A stretch of 64,000 nucleotides of DNA, taken from NCBI RefSeq assembly GCF_001194135.2, contig NC_068982.1:145065154-145129153 (forward strand), written 5' to 3'. The notes beneath the pieces are model-generated. The model was not told where the DNA came from, made no database searches, and saw only the letters and a program-made list of their open reading frames with translations. This document shows, in pieces, positions 54,292 through 64,000 of this stretch. The number at the start of each line of letters is the position of its first letter. The first letter of the stretch is position 1. A program made the translations under genes and the position numbers. The stretch is from Octopus bimaculoides. Its lineage: Eukaryota.

Positions 54292-54950
54292 ATCTAGACT
54301 AAAGTGTTGGTGGTGGTCATGCATACGACCGTCATCATGCCAAGGCCGGTAGTTTCATACCCAGACAGATTTGGAAAGCTATGGTGGTCCGGTGGAGCTG
54401 GTAATTCTTAAACCATTTTCTCTTGGCCTCTCTCCTTTAGAAATGTGTCGTGCTGCTGCTAAATAGTTTGTATTGAGACACGAAAGAAAGTCAACTGAGA
54501 GAGCATTTGGTAGTGTTTGCTTCTAGTGTGTAGGGCCTTGGCTAAGTGATTTCAGGCACATTAAGCCCTCGCTGATAGGCTTTTGAGTTCTAGGATGTAA
54601 CATTAAAATCAGAAATGGAGGTTCACGGATCTGGATTTTGAAGTACCACATCGAGTAAACTTTTACCAGGTGTATTTTTCTGAAGGACGTGTATTTCTTC
54701 CCATCTGTAGAGAGTCTTCATTTATTTCCTTGTAGGCTTATTATGAACCACTAACACATTACTTTCTGTCAGGGTGAATGTACTAAGTTTTTATCATTTT
54801 AGAGTGGCCTACAAATCAGTACAGTAGGGATTGGTTAATTATCACCACAATGAGATATCGCAATTTTAAGATCATTTGCAATCCACTATGATAATCTATT
54901 AAAACTGTTTCTTGAGATGTATTATATAGAAATATTGTCATTATTATAAT

Positions 54951-55773
54951 GCAGCGAGCTGGCGGAATCGTTAGCAGGCCTGGCGAAATGCTCAGCGATA
55001 TTTCGTCCGTCTTTACGTTCTGAGTTCAAATTCCTCCGAGGTCGACTTTGCTTCCGCCGAGGCCGACTTTGTGTTTCGGGTGTCAATATATTGAGTACCA
55101 GTCAAGTACTGGGGTCGATGTAATCGATTTAATACCTTCCCCCAAATCTGAGATCTTGTGCTTCCAGTAGAGAGAATTATAATGATAGCCAAGGAGGCGA
55201 GCAAGCAGAATTCTTACCGCACCAGAGGAAATGCTCAGCGGCATTTCGTCCGGCTTAACGTTCAGTGTTCAAATGCCGCCAATGTCGATTTTACGCTTTA
55301 TCCTTCCGGGGTCGATAAAATAAGTATCAACTGATCAATGGGGTTGAAATTATTCCGAAATTTCTGGTCTTGTGCCAAAACGTGAAACCAAAGGCGGTAA
55401 GCTGGCAGAATCGTTAAAACGCCGGGCCTAATGCCTAGCGGCATTTTGTCTGTCTTTTTGCTCTGAGTTCAAATGCTGCTGAAGTCGACTTTGCATTTCA
55501 TCCTTTGGTGGTAGTGGTGGGGGCATGATAAATAAAGTATCAGTCAAGCATTGGGGTCGATATAATCGAATACTCCCTTCCCTTCTCAATTTCCAGGTTT
55601 GTGCAAAAAAGGAAGTTATTATAGCTACAGGCGGTAGAATGGCTAAATCGTTAGCGCCATGAATAAAATGTGTTGCGCTTTTTATCCTGATATTTTACCT
55701 CTGAGTAATCGACTAAACCCCCAATTCTTTTCAAAGCTTTTGGTAATGTGAGCAAAGTAGAAACAATTGTTAT
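54951..55773 (+). mobile_element. Head-to-tail array of four SINE family A copies
   Basis: Heads at about 54951, 55195, 55393 and 55630. The first copy has an internal duplication (ccgaggtcgactttg / ccgaggccgactttg). Confidence 0.85.
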
Positions 55774-55802
55774 GATTACGACTTTGAGTTTCGAATGTGT
55801 TA

Positions 55803-55842
<40 letters not shown>

Positions 55843-55970
55843 GGGTTATTAAGAAAGAAAATTAGAAATCTCATCATAAAAATATATATTTATTTACGAA
55901 CCATCATGAAAAGTGCTTTGTAGTAAACGAACGAATTAGCAACAACACTCTTACAGACAAAAGGAATTAC

Positions 55971-56022
<52 letters not shown>

Positions 56023-56215
56023 TAATAATAATAATGATGATGATGATGATGATGATGTTGACGACAACCGATAATGATTATGATGATGATAATGATGATA
56101 ATGATAATAATTAAAATAATGATGATGATGATNNNNNNNNNNAATGATTATGATGATGATAATGATGATAATGATAATAATTAAAATAATGATGATGATG
56201 ATGATGACGACGACT

Positions 56216-56248
<33 letters not shown>

Positions 56249-56257
56249 GTAATAATA

Positions 56258-56305
<48 letters not shown>

Positions 56306-57514
56306 GTGGCTATACATCCCCCTCTTTTACACATAGTGTAGAAACACTTAGCATACAAACATGCATGCAAGATAGTCGGTCGAAGAAAACAAATATAAAC
56401 ATAGACTTGTAGAAATAGGCGGATGTCGTTATTCTCAAACACCTGTTTTCATCTCTATCGCCACAACCATCCCATCCAACATACCACCATCACCGTCACC
56501 ATCACACCACTTTCCCACCATCAACACCATCATCTTCCCTACCCCTTCCGTATCCTCCTGCCCCTCCTCCTCCTCCTCCTCCTCATCATCATCAATGACA
56601 TCCTCTTCCTTCTCTTCCTTCCCTTCCTTCTCTTCCTTCTCTTCCTTCTCTTTCTTCTCTTTCTTCTCTTCATAATTATCGTTATCATTGTCGTCATCAT
56701 CGTCGTCATCATCACCACCAACTCCTTTTCCTCCTCTTCGTCCTCCTCCTCGACTTCCTTCCTCCTCCTCTTCTTTCCTCCTCTTCTTCCTTCCTTCCTT
56801 CCTTCCTTCCTTCCTTNNNNNNNNNNNNNNNNNNNNNNNNNNNNNNNNNNNNNNNNNNNNNNNNNNNNNNNNNNNNNNNNNNNNNNNNNNNNNNNNNNNN
56901 NNNNNNNNNNNNNNNNNNNNNNNNNNNNNNNNNNNNNNNNNNNNNNNNNNNNNNNNNNNNNNNNNNNNNNNNNNNNNNNNNNNNNNNNNNNNNNNNNNNN
57001 NNNNNNNNNNNNNNNNNNNNNNNNNNNNNNNNNNNNNNNNNNNNNNNNNNNNNNNNNNNNNNNNNNNNNNNNNNNNNNNNNNNNNNNNNNNNNNNNNNNN
57101 NNNNNNNNNNNNNNNNNNNNNNNNNNNNNNNNNNNNNNNNNNNNNNNNNNNNNNNNNNNNNNNNNNNNNNNNNNNNNNNNNNNNNNNNNNNNNNNNNNNN
57201 NNNNNNNNNNNNNNNNNNNNNNNNNNNNNNNNNNNNNNNNNNNNNNNNNNNNNNNNNNNNNNNNNNNNNNNNNNNNNNNNNNNNNNNNNNNNNNNNNNNN
57301 NNNNNNNNNNNNNNNNNNNNNNNNNNNNNNNNNNNNNNNNNNNNNNNNNNNNNNNNNNNNNNNNNNNNNNNNNNNNNNNNNNNNNNNNNNNNNNNNNNNN
57401 NNNNNNNNNNNNNNNNNNNNNNNNNNNNNNNNNNNNNNNNNNNNNNNNNNNNNNNNNNNNNNNNNNNNNNNNNNNNNNNNNNNNNNNNNNNNNNNNNNNN
57501 NNNTATATTATATA

Positions 57515-57554
<40 letters not shown>

Positions 57555-57984
57555 CACGTGCATGTACATATATATTTACATATTTTCTAACAAGAATTTT
57601 GTGAATAGAATTGTTAGTTATAGATTCTCAACGGGCCATTCACTAGTTTACACCATTTTTCGTGGTAGCGCAGCCAACGGCTATCAGCGAAATTTGAGCG
57701 GAATAAGTACGGTAGGTTACTTTTGTTTAAACGCACCGGTTTAGCTGCCCCGGTTTCATCGTTTGTTTTCTTCCAAATAACGACATAAAAACCGCTTAAA
57801 AGCGTATGTGTATATGTATGCATGTGTGTATGTACGTACATACGTACGTACGTGCGTATGTATGCATGTATGTATGTGCATATGTATGTATGTGTGTATG
57901 TATATATGTATCTATGTGTATGTGTGTATCTATCTATCTACGTACACACACAAGCGCGCACTCTCTCTCTCACACACACACTCC

Positions 57985-58543
57985 ACACAAAGAACCCTCT
58001 CTTTCAGATATCGCCACAAGAAAAAAAATCGGGCTAGTCAAGTCTGGGGAACGTAAAGGCTAGTTGATACTGTCGTAGCGCGAGATTATTTCCTCTCCAA
58101 AGCATTGCCGTAGCAACTGCATTCTTTCTCTTGCAGTATGAGTAGCTGCCCTATCTTGCTGAAAACATGTGTGAGGTCTACTTCACGTTCCTCAGATTTG
58201 ACTAGCCCGGATTTTTTTTTCCTGTGGGAACACCTGTAACAAACCGGAGACACTGGTGCAACTGATGGAGAACATCAATAGAGAAACCAGAGAAGTGGGA
58301 TCTGAAACTCTGGAGGGTGTTTTGGTGAAAGTTTGGAAACAGCACGGGCGTACGAAGCCGAAAATGGCTCCAATTTAAGCGATGTCCTTTTTCACATGTG
58401 ATGTAGTGGTGTTGCAAAATTTGACTTGTGTGTATTAATTTCCATTATGCTCTTTATATCATATCAAAAGTTCATGCATTTATTTGTAAAGTTAAGGATG
58501 TTACTAAAAGTTGAAACCCCTCAGTGATTTTTGGGACACCGTG
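57985..58543. mobile_element. Tc1/mariner DD41D (rosa-like) transposase relic with internal inversion and right TIR
   Basis: Minus 57985-58172: FQQDRAATHTARERMQLLRQCFGEEIISRYDSIN*PLRSPDLTSP..LWRYLKERV. Plus 58181-58401: SRSSDLTSPDFFFLWEHL..NKPETL..ENGSNLSDVLFHM*. TIR ..ttttgggacaccgtg ends at 58543 and is followed by TA. Confidence 0.85.
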
Positions 58544-59335
58544 TATATATATATATATATATATATATATNNNNNNNNNNNNNNNNNNNNNNNNNNNNNN
58601 NNNNNNNNNNNNNNNNNNNNNNNNNNNNNNNNNNNNNNNNNNNNNNNNNNNNNNNNNNNNNNNNNNNNNNNNNNNNNNNNNNNNNNNNNNNNNNNNNNNN
58701 NNNNNNNNNNNNNNNNNNNNNNNNNNNNNNNNNNNNNNNNNNNNNNNNNNNNNNNNNNNNNNNNNNNNNNNNNNNNNNNNNNNNNNNNNNNNNNNNNNNN
58801 NNNNNNNNNNNNNNNNNNNNNNNNNNNNNNNNNNNNNNNNNNNNNNNNNNNNNNNNNNNNNNNNNNNNNNNNNNNNNNNNNNNNNNNNNNNNNNNNNNNN
58901 NNNNNNNNNNNNNNNNNNNNNNNNNNNNNNNNNNNNNNNNNNNNNNNNNNNNNNNNNNNNNNNNNNNNNNNNNNNNNNNNNNNNNNNNNNNNNNNNNNNN
59001 NNNNNNNNNNNNNNNNNNNNNNNNNNNNNNNNNNNNNNNNNNNNNNNNNNNNNNNNNNNNNNNNNNNNNNNNNNNNNNNNNNNNNNNNNNNNNNNNNNNN
59101 NNNNNNNNNNNNNNNNNNNNNNNNNNNNNNNNNNNNNTATGTAAACGTACTTCTTTCTCACTGCTAGAGAGTCACGTTGCCCCAGCAAATAATAAAGAGA
59201 ATTCATAAAGATTATTTAAAGAAACCGCATAAGACAGAAAAGTTTTGTTTCCATCTCAGATTAATTTAATAAGTTTACTCATGTAAATTCTTCTTCAAGT
59301 CAGAAACATAGCCAGAGAGAAAAGAGAAGGCAAAA

Positions 59336-59374
<39 letters not shown>

Positions 59375-59710
59375 CATGTATATGTCAAATAAAATGAGTG
59401 TACAAAGACAAGGCTGTGTGGAATTTTCAGGACATTTATAAAGAGTAGGTGAGAGTGAGAGTGAGAGAGTGAGAGTGAGAGAGTGAGAGAAAGTTAAATG
59501 GATTCGTTTATTTTTCTCGCCAAACCTTCCTTGGCAGTTCTTTCACAAATTTAAATGCTCCCGGGAAATACTACCTTGTTTAAACGTTTATCCTTTTAGC
59601 TTCGGATGCAGCTATAAGTAGTGCATGTGCACTTTGATCTTAGAAACTATTTTCTGTTTACTCATTTCGTAACAATTAGCGCAACAGTAACAACAACATT
59701 AATAACTTTA

Positions 59711-59890
59711 AAATTTGCACAAGTCCAGCAATTTAGGGAGAGAGGTATACTCATTCATATCGAGCCCAGAATTTTGAACGCCGAAAAGATGAAAAGCAAA
59801 TTTGCCCTCAGCGGAACTTGAACTTAGAATGTTAACATCCGGAAGAAATGCTGCTCCGCATTTTGACTGGCGTACTAATGGTTCTGCTAC
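59711..59890 (-). mobile_element. Diverged SINE family A
   Basis: Reverse complement of family A motifs (gcacaag.ccagcaattt..ttgaact.agaa.gt..gcattttg.c.ggcgtactaa.g.ttctgc). Confidence 0.75.
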
Positions 59891-60024
59891 TTCGAAAAAT
59901 AATGGTAATTATGCCATCATAATTACTCACGGAAAGGTGACCACAACAAAGAAACTTCTGAAGTTCATGATTTAGACACAAGGTCAACATCTTGGAGGAA
60001 AGGAGTTAATTACCTCCCACCATG

Positions 60025-60186
60025 CATTCTGGATAATACGCAGGTACTTTTGGACTTCACCGTCTATCTTTCTTGATGATTCCGCTGCTTTGTCCTTGCA
60101 ATTTGAGGATAAATTCGAAAGAAGTGTTCTTTTATGTAACTTTTGTTTTTCCTCCAGCAGGGTGTGAATCTCCTTATCCTTTTCAT

Positions 60187-60188
<2 letters not shown>
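60025..60188 (-). mobile_element. RTE-clade (BovB-like) LINE ORF internal fragment
   Basis: DEKDKEIHTLLEEKQKLH..LSS..EVQKYLRIIQNAWW matches the RTE linker motif WFDENDxEIxxLLxEK..VQxxLRxMQNxWW between the APE and RT domains. Confidence 0.8.
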
Positions 60189-60261
<73 letters not shown>

Positions 60262-60426
60262 TCATTAACACATATTAAGTAGTTACAGTGTATATTTTAT
60301 TCGAATTCGGAGTTATTGAAACGATCGATAATCTGCGTTCTGATTTTCACATTCACATTGACGATTATTGAAACGAATTTTTCATACAGCTGGTAACATG
60401 AAACTCATATATCCAATTCAAGCCCA

Positions 60427-60539
<113 letters not shown>

Positions 60540-61029
60540 TTATCTATCTATCTACACCCACACAAAACTGGAGATGTATTTTATAGGAACAGAAAACCCT
60601 TCTGTTATAAAAACAGGAATCTATTACTTAAGAGCACAAGCGACGAAGAGCGCAAAGTCACATCTTTTTTTTTTTTGGAAATGTTATAAGAGACATGCCT
60701 ATATATTCTTTAGTCTGCACATGGTTTTAAATACGAAAAATTACCCAAAACTTCGTCAACGAAGATCAACGAAAACCGGATCCTGGTCAGTCATATATGA
60801 CTTTTTGCACAGAGGTTCATGCACTAAGACTTTTTTCTCAAAGTAATACGTAATATGATTTTTCTTCTCTCCTTCTCACGTCTGTTATATATATCAAACT
60901 TATCTTATGAATACATGCACCAATATATTTCCACTTAAAATATAAAACGAAAACGTTTATCCAACGGAAATATATTTTTGTATTTTTATTTTCATATGAA
61001 TGTAAGTAGGTGTATGTTTCGGAAAATAC

Positions 61030-61445
61030 TCTACCAAATAAAAACCAGCGAAAACATACAACCTAACCTACTTACATTCTTTTGTAAACCCCTAAATAAT
61101 TCCATTACAAAACACTTGATGCATCCAACTACTAAGGTTTTAAATAATAGATTTCGCATCTTTGACCTTTACATTATCAAAACAAAGGATTAAATCCAAT
61201 AAAACCAAGAATAGCTAAAATTACTGACACATCCCGGCTTACCTAACAAAAGGAGTACATAGATATACATACTTCCTTACAACGTTCTAAAGGCAAGAAG
61301 AAATTCTAAGCAATAACATAACTCCAAATCTAATCAATGACAATTTCTCTAAAAGACCTCTCCATAACAATCCACCCCAAGAACTAATTACCGTCCTACA
61401 GAAATCCATACATGCAAGGAATATGTTATATAAAGCCAAGGTTAA
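61030..61445 (+). mobile_element. Possible degenerate Penelope-like ORF relic (RT thumb to GIY-YIG start)
   Basis: Fragments SITKHL, HNSK and RNMLYKAKVN resemble the PLE motifs SIxKxLP, HNxKIL and CLxxNVIYKAxV. There are many stops and shifts. Confidence 0.4.
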
Positions 61446-61484
61446 CTTCAGCGCATCGCAGTCTCACGATGGTTTAACTAGCTG

Positions 61485-61635
61485 AAACATTTGCAGACTG
61501 GCCATAACGTCGGGGTCCAATCATTTACACACTGGCCATAAAGTCGGCATCCAAACATTTGCATACCTGCAATAAAGTCGGGGTCCAAACATTTGCACAG
61601 TGGCCATAAAGTCGGGTCCAAACATTTGCACACTG
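61485..61635. repeat. Minisatellite ~4.5 x 34 bp
   Basis: Unit aaacatttgcacactggccataaagtcggggtcc. Confidence 0.9.
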
Positions 61636-62360
61636 TCAGTGACTTGCTTCAGAATAATGAACGTATAGAGTAACTCATCAGAGTAGTGCAAAATTGTTTT
61701 TATTATAATTGAGCATAAAAACAAACACACACACATACACAATGTATAGATGTAAATACATACACTTATATATCTATGTGTAAATATATAAATGTATTTA
61801 TACGTATATATATGTGTGCTTATAAAGACATGCATATGCGCCGGATACGCACATGCACAGGCACATACACAAGACATAAACTTACTGATGAAAGCGATAC
61901 ACACTTACATACTCTAATGGTTACAAATACCGAGAGAAAAATAGATAATTGAGGTTGTGACTGAAGAGAAACGCAAGAGAGTGTATCATTGATGAGATCG
62001 CAGTTGGTGACGAAAGGACAGACGAACAAACTGACAGATTGATCAGAAAATCTATTAAAGGAATAATTAGCTAATTAGTTAACTAGTTGACTGATAATTA
62101 AAAAAAGACGCGAAATATAACCAGTGTAGATGCTTCACTTAATTGACCTAATGATTCTTCCAGGGTACAAAAGCACAATCACATAAATATGCACATACCT
62201 GTACACGCACGCACACACACACGTGCGCGCAGACGCACGTATATATATATACTCTTTTATAATATATATATAAATATAAACACATATCTATAGACATGCT
62301 CATATAAGTAAACATTTATATACATGTATACATATATATTTAAATATGTGTGTATATGCA

Positions 62361-62407
<47 letters not shown>

Positions 62408-62966
62408 AAACACTTGTATGAATTTTATATATAGCATACTTAACATCCATACATATGCATTAGTATCTACAAGTTTGTATACACACATTCGCACAAACAC
62501 GCACGCACACACACACATATATGTATACGTTTAGGCATATGTATTATGCACACATATACATGTATATACACACACATATACACACACACATACGTACACA
62601 CACATACACATATATATATATATGTTCTCACACACATCCTACCTTATATATAACTATGCCAGCTATGTAGAGCACAGATATATTAACCCGAACACACACA
62701 CTCACACGTGCATATATAATTTAAATGAGTCAGGCTTTATTATAACATATGTTTAATTACATTTAATACAGAAAAGCATATATAAAAACTATTATAAAGC
62801 TAACACGATTTTCATTTCTATTCAAGACATCATGACGCGTCAAAGATAAAATTACACGTGAAATACACCTTTAAGCATGAACTGTCAGTAAAAAAGCAAT
62901 CACTATTACCATCACCATCACCGGCACCATTAATGATGCTGATCGTAGTTGTAGTAGTAGTAGTAT

Positions 62967-63020
<54 letters not shown>

Positions 63021-63071
63021 CAGTAGTAGTAACAATGATGATTATTATTATTATTGTTGTTGTTGTTGTTG

Positions 63072-63122
<51 letters not shown>

Positions 63123-63135
63123 GTAGTAGTAGTAG

Positions 63136-63167
<32 letters not shown>

Positions 63168-63939
63168 ACGTTATCAACGCCTTCATTCTGTTTTATCACT
63201 ATTATCTTCCTCCTCTTTCTTTCTCCTTCTCATCATAGGCAATAACGAAAACATCAACTTGAATAGCAACAAACATCAACAGCAGCAACAACAACAACAA
63301 AAACAACAAAAACAAAAACAACAACAACAACAGTAGAAGCAGTAACAACAGTAACAACCAAATCAAACCATAACAAGAAAATACGAATCTCTGAACAGAT
63401 AAATAATATAAATTTAAATAAGTGAAACATATCAATGATATAAATGTTAATATATAAATAAATTAATAAAAATAAATATAAATAAAAGAATCCAAAGCTT
63501 TATGCCATGTAGTAATAAAAATTCTATGAAAATGTAACATTTTTTTTTGTTTTGCGACCCACGGGAGGTATACAGCTTTCTCTTCCTTTTCATATCGCTA
63601 ACCGGAAATGCATCTGCTTGCTGTTGACAGCAGTTATAATTTTCTAACTTGTATATTATTTGTCTATTTTTGCAATTGTGTTTCATTTGCGAAGACATTT
63701 GAAAATGTATATAACAAGTAAAAAAAAAAGCGAAACTAAAGCGAAAAATATTTCTTACTTGATAATGACGTCATTTGGCAATAATAAGTATTGGTGCCAA
63801 CATTTATATTTAATAGAAAAGTAGTTATTTTCTACATAGATGTAAATGTAATTTGTTTTCGCAAAGAACGTGCTAGTTAATATAAATAATACTAAAACTG
63901 ACTTTGAATAGTTTGCCTGTATATACCTCCATTATAATT

Positions 63940-63988
63940 TCCTGCCTTTTCTATCTGTTTTTCTCGCTCTCTTTTCTTTACCCCTCAG
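63940..63988 (+). other. Candidate 3' splice acceptor at window end
   Basis: A ~45-nt polypyrimidine tract ends in cccctcAG (63987-63988) and is followed by tcATGcagGTAT. Confidence 0.45.
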
Positions 63989-64000
63989 TCATGCAGGTAT

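Noticed and set aside
61485-61635. CRISPR-like array interpretation of the 34-bp or 26-bp repeats
   Set aside because: The units are directly adjacent with no unique spacers, the context is eukaryotic, and there are no cas genes.

Overview
A eukaryotic, AT-rich, microsatellite-saturated, gap-rich (about 18 N-runs) window with no host protein-coding gene I can identify. The tRNA-derived SINE families and the (CA)n/(TA)n/(TAGA)n/(AAT)n density suggest a coleoid cephalopod, probably Octopus (inference). It reads as intronic or intergenic DNA made of transposable-element relics: many SINEs; LINE fragments (CR1-group, RTE-like, Jockey/CR1-like, and an R4/Dong-like restriction-like endonuclease end with an (AAT)n tail); a non-autonomous Helitron with a residual ORF; a DD41D-type Tc1/mariner relic with an internal inversion; and several MITE or foldback elements. 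The most notable structure is a ~380-bp palindrome at 45905-46285. Each arm carries a type-I hammerhead-ribozyme-like fold of the kind associated with Penelope-like elements, with an atypical A9G core change. A second palindromic element with outward-facing 3' ends lies at 42241-42542. A strong + strand splice acceptor at the window end (63988) hints that a gene continues beyond the window. Nearly all ORFs in the supplied track are microsatellite or gap artefacts. All alignments were made by eye and no database searches were run.
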